Assembly (NCBI GenBank): GCA_963662265.2
Contig: CAXXHA010000032.1
Span: 32,001-96,000 of the forward strand
DNA: 64,000 bases
From: Spirochaetia bacterium
GTDB lineage: Bacteria; Spirochaetota; Spirochaetia; CADAEX01
Direction of reading: 5' to 3'
Below the pieces are notes generated by a model. It searched no databases. It was not told the DNA's origin and saw only the letters and a list, made by a program, of their open reading frames with translations. Below, piece after piece: positions 10,579 to 20,918 of this stretch (position 1 is its first letter; each line of letters opens with the position of its first letter). The position numbers were made by a program, and so were the translations under genes.

Positions 10579-12732
10579 TTATACATCCCTGATGGAAAGT
10601 GAAATCCTCTTCCTTTCAGTGTCAATCTCAATCACTCTCACCTTTACTTTCTGGTTTACCTTCAGGAAATCAGCAGGGTCATTCACAAATGCATCTGCAA
10701 TCCTGCTCTTATGCACAAGCCCGTCCTGATGGACACCTATATCAACAAATGCTCCGAAAGCTGTTATATTGGTAACAGTACCTGAAAGAACAAGTCCTTC
10801 CTCAAGATCCTCGATAGAATTGATCCCGTCAGTATAACTGAAAAGCTCATACTCTTTTCTCGGGTCTCTGCCCGGCTTTTCAAGTTCACTGACAATATCT
10901 TTCAGTGTCGGAAGACCTGTTTTATCTGTAATATATTTTTCTATCCTTATCCTGGAAACATAATCCCTGTTTCCAACAAGCTTTTCAAGCGGCTCCCCAA
11001 TGTCTTCTGCTATCCTGTAGACAGTTTCATAACTTTCGGGATGGACAGAGCTTGAATCAAGAGGATTATTCCCCCCCTTGATTTTAAGAAATCCGGCAGC
11101 CTGCTGATATGATTTATCTCCCATACCCTTTACTTTCAGAAGCTCTGTACGGTTTTTGAACCTGCCGTTTTCATTCCTGTACAGAACTATATTATCTGCA
11201 AGCCTGCTGTTAAGACCGGAAACATAGTTTAAAAGCTCTGTTCCGCAGCTGTTCAAATCCACACCTACCTGGTTTACACAGGAAATTACAACATCATCAA
11301 GAGCAGATGTCAGTTTTTTCTGATTCACATCATGCTGGTACTGCCCCACTCCAATTGATTTCGGATCAATTTTTATCAGCTCGGAAAGAGGATCCTGAAG
11401 ACGCCGTCCAATTGAAACAGCCCCCCTTATTGTAAGGTCAAGATCAGGAAATTCCCTTCTTGCATTTTCTGATGCTGAATACACAGATGCTCCGCTTTCA
11501 TTTACAATTACACAGGGCGTATCTTTCAGAAATGAGATAGACTTGAGAAAATCAAGAACTTCCCTTCCACCAGTTCCGTTGCCAACAGCAACAGCTTCAA
11601 TATTATACTTATCGTGAAACCTCTTTATAATATCCACCCCGTTTTCCTTTTTTTTCTCATCAAAAGGAAAAAACACACCATATTCCAGCAGTTTGCCTGT
11701 CTCATCGACTGCGACAACCTTGCACCCTGTCCTGATACCCGGATCCACGGCAATAACAGCCTTGTTTCCATAAGGAGACTCTAGGAGAAGGTTTTTAAGA
11801 TTGTCTGAAAAAATAGCAATAGAAACATCATCAGCCTTTTCACGTAAAGCTGAAATCACCTCGTTTTCAAGAGAGGGATGGAGAAGCCGGCTGAAACTGT
11901 CGAGAAACGACTCTATTAGAAATGAATATACCTGGTCGGAATATTTTATATTTCTGCTTAACACAGTTCTTTTGATTATTGAAAGAGCCTTCTCCTCATC
12001 AACCTCTATCTTGACAGTGAGGAAGGAACTGTTCTTCCCCCTGAGAACTGCAAGTATACGGTGGGGAGCTGCCCTGTAAGCTCTCTCACTGTAATCAAAA
12101 TAATCCCGGAAACGGGATGCCTCGTCCTGTTTCTTCTTTATGACTGATGATGTCAGAAGAGATGTCTTTTCATAGAACTCCCTCAGGACTTTTCTCACAT
12201 CAGCATTTTCATTCACCTTTTCAGCGATAATATCGGATGCCCCTTTAAGAGCTTCTTCTGTTGTGGCAACCCCTTTATCCGGATCAATATATTTCTGAGC
12301 TTCTTTTTCAGGGCTGACTGTCTTTCCATAGAAGATGCTGTCAGCAAGCCCTTCAAGCCCTTTCTCTTTTGCTGCCTTTGCCCTTGTTTTTCTTCCCGAC
12401 TTGTAGGGAAGGTACAGATCCTCGAGTTCTGCAAGAGTCTCTGCACTGTTTATTCTTTTTTCAAGATCATCAGTAAGCGAGTCTTTTTTCTCTATAACTT
12501 CCCTTATGTACTGCTTCCGCTTTTCAAGCTTTTCATAGAAGTCCTGTTTTTCCTTGACTGCCTGTATAACAGTCTCATCAAGAGAGCCTGTCATCTCTTT
12601 CCTGTACCTGGCAATAAACGGAACAGTTGCCCCTTCTTCAAGAAGTTTAAGTACTGCTTTTATATTTTTTTCAGCTATTCCGAGGTCATCAGAAACTGAT
12701 TTTACTATTTTAATGTTTTCATATTTTTCCAA
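10579..12732 (-). CDS. tex: Tex family RNA-binding transcription accessory protein
   Basis: GATVPFIARYRKE, DPGIRTGCK (YqgF-like), SIGVGQYQHD, C-terminal S1 domain FGAFVDIGVHQDGLVH. Confidence 0.93.
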   Translation of the reverse strand: MEKYENIKIVKSVSDDLGIAEKNIKAVLKLLEEGATVPFIARYRKEMTGSLDETVIQAVKEKQDFYEKLEKRKQYIREVIEKKDSLTDDLEKRINSAETLAELEDLYLPYKSGRKTRAKAAKEKGLEGLADSIFYGKTVSPEKEAQKYIDPDKGVATTEEALKGASDIIAEKVNENADVRKVLREFYEKTSLLTSSVIKKKQDEASRFRDYFDYSERAYRAAPHRILAVLRGKNSSFLTVKIEVDEEKALSIIKRTVLSRNIKYSDQVYSFLIESFLDSFSRLLHPSLENEVISALREKADDVSIAIFSDNLKNLLLESPYGNKAVIAVDPGIRTGCKVVAVDETGKLLEYGVFFPFDEKKKENGVDIIKRFHDKYNIEAVAVGNGTGGREVLDFLKSISFLKDTPCVIVNESGASVYSASENARREFPDLDLTIRGAVSIGRRLQDPLSELIKIDPKSIGVGQYQHDVNQKKLTSALDDVVISCVNQVGVDLNSCGTELLNYVSGLNSRLADNIVLYRNENGRFKNRTELLKVKGMGDKSYQQAAGFLKIKGGNNPLDSSSVHPESYETVYRIAEDIGEPLEKLVGNRDYVSRIRIEKYITDKTGLPTLKDIVSELEKPGRDPRKEYELFSYTDGINSIEDLEEGLVLSGTVTNITAFGAFVDIGVHQDGLVHKSRIADAFVNDPADFLKVNQKVKVRVIEIDTERKRISLSIRDV

Positions 12733-13082
12733 GGGAACACCTGCCTGAAGCGATTTTTAGGATTTAAGCATCCTGTCCTGTGCTGAAAAACACTGTCTGT
12801 AAGGATATACATTTCTGTCATTAACTGTAAACACAGTAAGGAGATAATTAGGTACAGTAATGAAAGGTTTTAGCTGTTTTTTTCTGTATTCAGATATTAT
12901 TTCAATAATAATGAGCATAATCCTGATAACAAGGCAAATTTCAAATGCAATCTGTTTTCAATATGAACCCGGGTTTTCTCAAAGTCTTATTCATTGAAAT
13001 ACATGCAATTAAACAATATAGGGAAAAAAGTGAGTATTATGTGCTCTCAGGTTTTATGAAGCACTGTCAGGAGAGCAGTCTA

Positions 13083-13111
13083 TTGACAATAACTGTTTTG
13101 CTGATTACAAA
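13083..13111 (+). promoter_or_regulatory. Sigma70 promoter directly abutting epmA start (probably leaderless)
   Basis: TTGACA-N17-TACAAA, ATG 6 nt later, no Shine-Dalgarno. Confidence 0.55.
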
Positions 13112-13117
13112 AAAGAT

Positions 13118-14068
13118 ATGAGATTCGAGCTTTTGAAAAAACGTTCAGATATTATCAGGACAGTGAGGGATTTTTTTTACAACAGGAACTATCTTGAAAT
13201 AGAAACACCTCTTCTGTCGCCCCATCTTATACCTGAAGCACCGATAGAAATATTCAAAACAGAAAGAATATCCCCCTACAGCAGCAGCCGGGCAGAAATG
13301 TACCTAACACCTTCTCCAGAAATATGGATGAAAAAAGCAATTTCAGAAGGGTCCGGAAATATTTTCCAGATTACAAAATCTTTCAGAAACTCGGAGCAGA
13401 AAGGAAAACAGCACAACAACGAGTTTACCATGATGGAATGGTATACAATGGGCGCAGATTACAACAGCTCTCTAAGCCTTACAGAAGAGCTCCTAGAAGA
13501 ACTCCACGGCAGGTTCAGATCAGAAAGCATAGAAAAGCCGGTTCTGAAGATATCGATGAGCGAGGCTTTTGACAGCTACACAGGCATAGATCTAAGCAGA
13601 TGCGGGACAACTGATGAACTGCACGAGGAGATAAAAAGGTGCGGGTATGAAGTCGGCGGCGGATACAGCTGGGAAGAGGCATTTAATTCAGTTTTTCTTT
13701 CCGAGGTTGAGTCCCGTCTCCCGGCAGACAGGCCGGTTGCATTGTTCGACTACCCTGGGCAGATACCATGCCTTGCGAAGAAGACAGAAAACGGGAAATT
13801 CCATGAAAGATGGGAACTCTATATCAACGGAATAGAGACAGCAAACTGCTACACCGAGGAAACTGACAAAGATATTGTGGACAGTTTCTTCAGGTCAGAA
13901 TTCAGACTGAAATCAGAATCCTCCGTCCCCCATTGTGTTGATTTCTCATATACAGACCTGTTTCATTCCTTCCCCCCCTGCTCAGGGACAGCTCTCGGCA
14001 TTGACAGGCTGGTAATGGCAGTATCAGGCACCGATGATATAAAAGATATTCTTTCTTTTATTTTCTGA
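13118..14068 (+). CDS. epmA: EF-P lysine aminoacylase (class II LysRS catalytic-domain paralogue, GenX/PoxA)
   Basis: LEIETPLL, SPE..MKK, FRNSE...HNNEFTMMEWY, ERWELY, PCSGTALGIDRL; no anticodon domain. Confidence 0.88.
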   Translation: MRFELLKKRSDIIRTVRDFFYNRNYLEIETPLLSPHLIPEAPIEIFKTERISPYSSSRAEMYLTPSPEIWMKKAISEGSGNIFQITKSFRNSEQKGKQHNNEFTMMEWYTMGADYNSSLSLTEELLEELHGRFRSESIEKPVLKISMSEAFDSYTGIDLSRCGTTDELHEEIKRCGYEVGGGYSWEEAFNSVFLSEVESRLPADRPVALFDYPGQIPCLAKKTENGKFHERWELYINGIETANCYTEETDKDIVDSFFRSEFRLKSESSVPHCVDFSYTDLFHSFPPCSGTALGIDRLVMAVSGTDDIKDILSFIF

Positions 14069-14292
14069 TTTTTCCTTTTATAATATTATTGAAAACAGCA
14101 GAGCAGTTATTTCGGTTTATCATCTGCAGCCAATCCTTGTAAGCAGATGGTTGTACTCTGCAAACCGGCAGCTTTAATTATCAGACATTCTGATATTACT
14201 ACTTTAAAAAATCATAGTTTGATTTAAAAAAACGAAAGAATATGAATTCAGTATTAAATAAACAGTTTAAAGATATTAAACAGGGGGAATAA

Positions 14293-15624
14293 ATGGACTT
14301 CAGAATCAAGAATCTCGGAGAATGCAGGTATAAATCACCTTTAATTGATGACCTGGATAAATTACAGACAGCCTTTGTCGATGACAGCAAAAGGGTAAGG
14401 CTTAATGTAATTGTTGACGAGAATACTGAAAGCAGCGAAGAACCTACCTTGGAAATAGCAGGGCAGAGAAGAGATATTTATTTCAACCCTCCCTATACAA
14501 GAGCAGCTATTGTTACCTGCGGAGGCCTCTGCCCCGGTCTCAACGATGTGATCCGGTCAATTGTAATGGAATCACATTATCATTACGGCATAAATTCGAT
14601 TACAGGTATCAGGTACGGGTACAACGGGCTTAAGAATTTTAAAAAATATCCACCTATCGAGCTGACCCCCGATGTTGTCAAGGATATCCATACTATAGGG
14701 GGAACAATACTCGGATCATCGAGGGGCGGTACAGACAATATTGATGAGCTTGTAGATGCGCTTGAGCATATGGGAATAAATATTCTTTATGCTATAGGGG
14801 GCGACGGAACATTAAGCGGGGCAAGGGATATTTCTAAAAGGGCATCTGAACGGGGACTGCCGCTTTCCGTGATAGGTATTCCGAAGACAATTGACAATGA
14901 TATTAACTATATCCAGAAATCATTCGGTTTTGAAACAGCATTCTCCAAGGCTGTTGAGGCAATATCAGGGGCCCATGTTGAAGCAAACGGGGCGCCGAAC
15001 GGTATCGGCATTGTCAAACTGATGGGTAGGCATTCAGGCTTTATAGCAGCCTACGCTACACTTGCCATGAATGATGTAAACTTTGTGCTTGTCCCGGAAG
15101 ACACATTCGACCTTGATCCTCCCAACGGACTGTTGGCCCACCTTGAGCAGTATCTTATCAAGAGAAAGCACGCAGTAATCTGTGTTGCGGAAGGGGCTGG
15201 ACAGGAACTGATAAAATCAGACAAGGAACTGGGAACAGATAAATCCGGCAATGTGAAACTGAAGGATATAGGCTTGTATTTAAAAGACAGGATTGATAAC
15301 TATTTCAGAGACAGGATGGAAGTCAATGTGAAATACATTGATCCAAGCTACATCATAAGGAGTGAGCCTGCCTGCCCGAACGACTCTCTTTTCTGCGCAC
15401 TTCTCGGACAGTATGCAGTGCATGCAGGAATGGCCGGAAAAACAGAAATGGTTGTGGGGCTTATAAACAATGTCTATGTACATGTGCCGATTGAAATCGC
15501 GGTATCTGAAAGGAAAATAATCGATATAAAATCCCAGTTCTGGAACAATGTGCTTCAGGCGACAGGTCAGCCATACAACATGAGAAACTGCTGTGATCTT
15601 AACCTGGATAAAGATAATAAATAA
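14293..15624 (+). CDS. pfkA: ATP-dependent 6-phosphofructokinase (group X type)
   Basis: TCGGLCPGLN, GGTILGSSRG, GGDGT (ATP-type Gly), PKTIDND, MGRHSG, YIDPSY. Confidence 0.9.
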   Translation: MDFRIKNLGECRYKSPLIDDLDKLQTAFVDDSKRVRLNVIVDENTESSEEPTLEIAGQRRDIYFNPPYTRAAIVTCGGLCPGLNDVIRSIVMESHYHYGINSITGIRYGYNGLKNFKKYPPIELTPDVVKDIHTIGGTILGSSRGGTDNIDELVDALEHMGINILYAIGGDGTLSGARDISKRASERGLPLSVIGIPKTIDNDINYIQKSFGFETAFSKAVEAISGAHVEANGAPNGIGIVKLMGRHSGFIAAYATLAMNDVNFVLVPEDTFDLDPPNGLLAHLEQYLIKRKHAVICVAEGAGQELIKSDKELGTDKSGNVKLKDIGLYLKDRIDNYFRDRMEVNVKYIDPSYIIRSEPACPNDSLFCALLGQYAVHAGMAGKTEMVVGLINNVYVHVPIEIAVSERKIIDIKSQFWNNVLQATGQPYNMRNCCDLNLDKDNK

Positions 15625-15833
15625 CCGGGAAATAATATGATGAGGGGGGCTTTATTTAAAGCCACCCCCTCTTTTCCCATATATAAGCTGAATAAACTCA
15701 AACATACACATTCGGAATCAGAGGATTTTCCTGATCACACTTAAACAAAGAGTATCAGTCATCACCCTCAGAACAAACACTACACAGTTTTGAGTCAGCA
15801 TGCTGCTGAGCCCCTGTATCACGGGCCTGTAAC

Positions 15834-15862
15834 AAAAAAAAAAGCTGCCGGATGGCAGCTTT
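15834..15862 (-). terminator. Intrinsic terminator downstream of glycerate kinase
   Basis: AAAGCTGCC...GGCAGCTTT stem with 10-nt U-tract on the minus strand. Confidence 0.7.
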
Positions 15863-15877
15863 CAGATATGTTTAAAT

Positions 15878-17240
15878 CTAACCCAGCAGTATTATCTGAA
15901 CATCCCCGACATTGGTATTTGTGGCGCCAGTCATAAGAAGCGAATCACATTTTTTGAAAAAATGGTATGAATCATTACGGCTCAGATAGTCCTGGATATC
16001 AAGATCTTTCCCGCTGCTCTTTTCAAGCACTTCAAGAGATGCATATGCGCCTGCCGCATCTGTAGGCCCGTCATTACCATCAGTTCCGCCGGAAAGGAAA
16101 CAGCAGTTTTCATAAAGGGAAGGAGATCTTTTAATTTCATCTAGAAACGCAAGAGCCATTTCCTGGTTCCTGCCCCCCTTGCCTTTTCCACGGATAGTTA
16201 CTGTAGTCTCTCCGCCTGCTATAATGCAGACAGGCTTATCAGTACCTCCTGCAAGAAGGCTCCTGCCGTCCCTCGCCAGGGCTGAATAGAATTTTGCCAC
16301 TTCCCTTGCCTCCCCGGTAATTGAAGATGAAAGGACATATGTTTCATAACCGAGAGAAACTGCTTTTTCCCTGGCAGATATCAATGATTCCGTATTTGTC
16401 CCCATCAGGATATTATTCACTTTATCAAAGACAGCATCATTCTCATCAGGTGTATCTGGAATTTCACCGCTGCAGCCAAGCTCAACAGCATTCTTCACAT
16501 TCTCAGGAAGACTGTCATATATTCCGTATTTCAGAAATATATTTTTTGTATCATTGAAACTGCTTCTGTCGGGAGAAGTAATTCCCGATGCAATTACAGA
16601 AAGATCATCACCAACAACATCGGAAAGAATAATGTTGAATGAAACAGCAGGATACATGGCAGCTGCTGTCTTTCCCCCCTTAACATCTGAAAGGTGTTTC
16701 CTTATTGTATTAAGTTCATGGATATCAGCACCGCATGAAAGAAGAAGCTTTGTTGTCTCCTGTTTTTCAGCAAGTGTCAGTGAAATTTTATCATTAGAGA
16801 CAGGATTGCAGTAGAGAGCAGATCCTCCCCCTGAAATCAAATTGATAAACAGGGTTTTCTCATCACCGGACAGGTGAAGCTCCCTTATTCTTTTCCCCGC
16901 TTCAAGGCTTTTCTCACCCGGCACAGGGTATTCAGCTTCTATTGTTTCAATATATTCAAGCTTTTCAGTATGTCCTGTTTTGACACTAATAAGGCCGCCT
17001 GAAATTCCTGCTTCCCAGAACCTTTTCAACCGCAAGAGCCATTCTGGCTGTCGCTTTTCCTATACCTGTAACAACAATTCTTTCAAAATCATCAAGATTA
17101 ACAGATTTTATCTCTCTCCCCGACCGAAGTTCCAGAATATTTCCGGCAACCTTCATGTTACCTGTAATCATCTTGTAGGGATTTACCCGGTCAAGGGCAG
17201 CATTGAAAATTTCATCAATATCTTTGTTTATTTGAGCCAT
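15878..17240 (-). pseudogene. Glycerate 2-kinase (GckA/TtuD, DUF4147 + MOFRL), split by a +1 frameshift near 17005-17008 (pseudogene or sequencing error)
   Basis: N-part MAQINK...GIGKATARMA..VEKVLGSR continues in another frame as ISGGLISVKTGH...ISGGGSAL, GGETTV, GKGGRNQE, GTDGNDG, TNVGD; removing one base in AGGAATTTC restores one ORF; start ATG overlaps the upstream stop. Confidence 0.85.
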
Positions 17241-19033
17241 ACAACTTCCCATGGATGCAGGGTGATCATTGCAGAACAACCTGATCCTTCATCATTATTA
17301 TCACAGCAGCAGTTCCCGGAATCACTCTTTTCCCTTTCAGGATCATGTGAAATGATCAGGGCACCAGACCCCTGCTGAAAGATTATATCATATAATCTTT
17401 TTTTGTCAAAACAGCTTAATACATCCCAGTGAACAAAAGATTTGAGAAGCTTTCCGCTTATGTTTACAAGACACAGTACTTTTTCATTGCCGTCAGGAGA
17501 TATCCTGAGAATTGCAAGAAGAGGTCCCGATGTATCGAGTATTTCCTGTTTACCCCCGGGATCAAAGGCTGGTTCCTTCCGCCTTGCATCAAGCATTTTC
17601 CTGTACCCTGAAAGAACCCTGCTTCTCATCGACTTTGGATCTGAAAGCTCTTCAACAAGCCTGTTGTAATCAAGTTTTTCCCTGTTAATTGTACGGTTCA
17701 TACCTGTAACAGAAACCCCGGCCCTGTAGTTTACAGAACCAAGCAGACTGTGGATATAAATCCCCGGCATGCCTGTCATTGCAAGGATAACAGACTGAGA
17801 GGTGAGGAATTTGGAAACAGCTGTGTCATTATCTTTCTCATTACCTGATATTGCGGAAAAATAATTGATATTCAGCTCATAGGGGATATCGCCGTCTTTT
17901 GTCGCCTTGTATGATATAAGCCCGCCTCTTTTTTCAACTTCCGAAAGCATATTATCCATCTCTTCGCTGTTAAGAATACCTTTTGCAGGAAGTACCCCAA
18001 TACCGTCATGAGATGCATGAAAATTGAAAAAAGAAACACTGTCGGAGGGTTTATCAAGCGCCCCTGCAGCCCATTCCCTCAAGTGGCTGGCATCTTCACG
18101 GAGGAAAGCATCAAAGGTGAGAGGAGGAAGGGCAAACTGGTAAACCATCTGGGCCTCATCATATCCGTTTCCGAAATATGAAAGGTTATCCTTGTGAGGC
18201 ACATTTGTTTCTGTAATTATAATTACCCAGGGGGCATATTCCCGGATAATTTCGCGGAAAAGCTTTACAGCAGCATGTGTCTTCTCATGATGAAGACAGG
18301 GATGCCCCTCTTCTTTCCAGAGAAAAGCGACAGCATCGAGTCTTATTACCTGGACCCCCATCTGTATGTAATAGAAAAGAATTTGAATCATTTCCATCAT
18401 CACCTCCGGGTTGCTGTAATTCAGATCAACCTGGTCTGCACTGAAAGTTGTCCAGACAAGTTTTTTGCCGTCTCTTGTTTCAAATTCAGTCAGGAGGGGA
18501 AGCGCCCTTGGTCTGAAAACATAGGAAAGATCAGTGCCCGGTTCAACAGTAATAAAATAATCTTTATATTTTTCATCCCATTCGAGAAATTTCTGAAACC
18601 AGTCACTCTTTACAGAACAGTGATTCAGAACAAGATCTGCCATCAGCCTGTAGGAGGAGGCAATTTCCCTTATATCATCCCAGGTCCCCATATCAGGATC
18701 AACTTCCCTGTAATCTATTACAGAGAACCCGTCATCGGAGGAATACGGGGAAAAGGGAAGAATATGGACACCGGATACAGAATCCTTAAGGTATGAATCA
18801 AGAAATGATTTTAGATTATTCAGGGGATTGACATCTGTTCCATGGAACTGGTCCCCGTATGTTATTACAATTGCGTCTTTCTCATTAACCGGAAGATCCT
18901 TTTTAAGACTTCCTGCAGGCTGAATTATTTTAGAGCTTTCCGTATCAAGCAGGAACTGGAATTTTTCTGATACCTGGCTGCAGATATCACTGCTGTAGAT
19001 AAATTCAAGGAGATTTTTAATATTTTCTTTCAT
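17228..19033 (-). CDS. GH13_18 sugar phosphorylase, probably glucosylglycerate phosphorylase
   Basis: SSDDGFSV, DLVLNH, WTTFSADQVDLN, RLDAV, ITETNVPH, ASHDGIG, PYELNI; coupled to glycerate kinase. Confidence 0.85.
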   Translation of the reverse strand: MKENIKNLLEFIYSSDICSQVSEKFQFLLDTESSKIIQPAGSLKKDLPVNEKDAIVITYGDQFHGTDVNPLNNLKSFLDSYLKDSVSGVHILPFSPYSSDDGFSVIDYREVDPDMGTWDDIREIASSYRLMADLVLNHCSVKSDWFQKFLEWDEKYKDYFITVEPGTDLSYVFRPRALPLLTEFETRDGKKLVWTTFSADQVDLNYSNPEVMMEMIQILFYYIQMGVQVIRLDAVAFLWKEEGHPCLHHEKTHAAVKLFREIIREYAPWVIIITETNVPHKDNLSYFGNGYDEAQMVYQFALPPLTFDAFLREDASHLREWAAGALDKPSDSVSFFNFHASHDGIGVLPAKGILNSEEMDNMLSEVEKRGGLISYKATKDGDIPYELNINYFSAISGNEKDNDTAVSKFLTSQSVILAMTGMPGIYIHSLLGSVNYRAGVSVTGMNRTINREKLDYNRLVEELSDPKSMRSRVLSGYRKMLDARRKEPAFDPGGKQEILDTSGPLLAILRISPDGNEKVLCLVNISGKLLKSFVHWDVLSCFDKKRLYDIIFQQGSGALIISHDPEREKSDSGNCCCDNNDEGSGCSAMITLHPWEVVWLK

Positions 19034-19190
19034 AATACTTAAACAATATTACAACTATTCTTACTCTGCAAATAAAAAAGCATTTACCGGGTATTTTAAT
19101 ATACAAACAGGGCAGTCTGAATAATATACTTATCAGGATCTTTAAAAGATTTTTTGACAAAATGCATACATGCATAATACCATTATAAGC

Positions 19191-20765
19191 ATGGAAAAAA
19201 TCAAACTTGCAGTATTTCACTACCATTTCGTTCCCGGAGGAATAACAACAGTAGTAAAGCTTTCACTTATTTCACTGCTTGAAAACCTGAATAATATAGA
19301 AAAAATTGTTCTTGTTTCAGGCAGAGATGATAATGCGGAAAACCTGGTATCTGTAATAAAATCATCAGTTTCAGGTGAAAAGAACAACACCGGTAAGATA
19401 GAAATCTCATGGGAGACTGTTCCTGAAATTGATTATGTAAGAGACGATGCAGAAAATGATTCCGTCAAAGAATCCGCTATCACAGAAATGCTTGAAAAAT
19501 ACAGGGGATATATTTACTGGATCCACAACCATCATATAGGTAAAAATCCTCTCTTTACAAAAACTGCTGCAGAATTTGCCGAAAAAAACAGTGATGAAAA
19601 GTTTTTTTTCCATATCCATGATTTTCCTGAATGCTCCAGGTACAGCAATTACAGGTTTCTGAAAAAAACTGTGGATAATCCCTACCCTTCAGGAAGCAAT
19701 ATTAAATACGCAGTTCTCAATTCCAGAGACTATAATTATCTGAAAGATGCAGGAATTGATGACAATTCACTGTTTCTCCTTCCAAACCCTGTCATTCAGG
19801 GAAAATCCGCCTTCAGTAAAATGGAGAAATCTGAAAAGAAAAAAATAAAAGAGAAACTTTACAGAAACACAAAAGGATTTTTCTCCTTTGATCCTGAAAA
19901 ACCAGTCTTTCTCTATCCTGTAAGGGCGATAAGAAGGAAAAACATTCTGGAGGCAGGTCTCATAGTACGGCTCACCGGGGAGGGGGGAAATCTTATTCAG
20001 ACTCTGCCGGGAATTTCTGATCAGGAAATATCATATTCAAGAACAGTTTCCAATCATTACAGGGACGGCAGCATTAAAGGTATCTGGGGAACCGGGATAA
20101 CGGGATCCCCTGCAGAAGCTGACCTTAAAGAGATAATAGGGATAAGCGATATTATAATTTCATCATCTGTGATGGAGGGGTTCGGCTACATATTTACAGA
20201 TACAATTTCATGGGGCAAACCTATTCTTTCAAGATATCTTGAAACATCGGAAGACTTCCTTCCGCTCTTTTCTGAAAACAATTCACACTTCTACAGAACA
20301 TTCAGAATACCGCTTTCACCGGAACTCAAAAACAGGATGTCGGAAAGGATAAAAACCTATTTTTCAGAAATAGACAGGGAAATCTCAACTTTACTTGATC
20401 GGGAAGATTATATAAAAGCAATCATGCAGGGTAATACTGTGGATTATTCATATCTGCCATCCGATATCCAGGGAGAAATACTGGAAAGGGCAGTTAAAAG
20501 TTCAGAATTCAGAACTGAACTCAAGGAAATAAACAGTGCTTTACTTACAAAGACATTGACTTTACTGCAGTCTGAACCGGATATAACATGCAGAGATATA
20601 TCAGAATATTTCGGTCCGGGAATATTTGCAGAAAACTTTAAAAAAATAGTAAATTCATACAGACTGGATTCACCTTGCACAGCTAATCACTCAGGAATAA
20701 CTGAAAAACTTTTATTAAAATTCACAACTCATAAATCTGTGCGTTTAATCAACGGACCGGGATGA
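19191..20765 (+). CDS. GT-B (GT4-like) glycosyltransferase of unknown specificity
   Basis: N-terminal HYHFVPGGITTVV, YPVRAIRRKNILE, SSVMEGFG; start placed at MEKIK (ATG 19191). Confidence 0.75.
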   Translation: MEKIKLAVFHYHFVPGGITTVVKLSLISLLENLNNIEKIVLVSGRDDNAENLVSVIKSSVSGEKNNTGKIEISWETVPEIDYVRDDAENDSVKESAITEMLEKYRGYIYWIHNHHIGKNPLFTKTAAEFAEKNSDEKFFFHIHDFPECSRYSNYRFLKKTVDNPYPSGSNIKYAVLNSRDYNYLKDAGIDDNSLFLLPNPVIQGKSAFSKMEKSEKKKIKEKLYRNTKGFFSFDPEKPVFLYPVRAIRRKNILEAGLIVRLTGEGGNLIQTLPGISDQEISYSRTVSNHYRDGSIKGIWGTGITGSPAEADLKEIIGISDIIISSSVMEGFGYIFTDTISWGKPILSRYLETSEDFLPLFSENNSHFYRTFRIPLSPELKNRMSERIKTYFSEIDREISTLLDREDYIKAIMQGNTVDYSYLPSDIQGEILERAVKSSEFRTELKEINSALLTKTLTLLQSEPDITCRDISEYFGPGIFAENFKKIVNSYRLDSPCTANHSGITEKLLLKFTTHKSVRLINGPG

Positions 20766-20918
20766 TTAATTTATCATCGATAACTTTTAGTCAGCAAACA
20801 TTTGCTTTGTTATTTATATGTTATTTTCAATAACTTTTAGTAATTTCAAATTGAGCATTATATAAAAGCATGTTATAGTACTTCTGTCTTGATCTTATAC
20901 AACTCCAAATGGTTCTCA

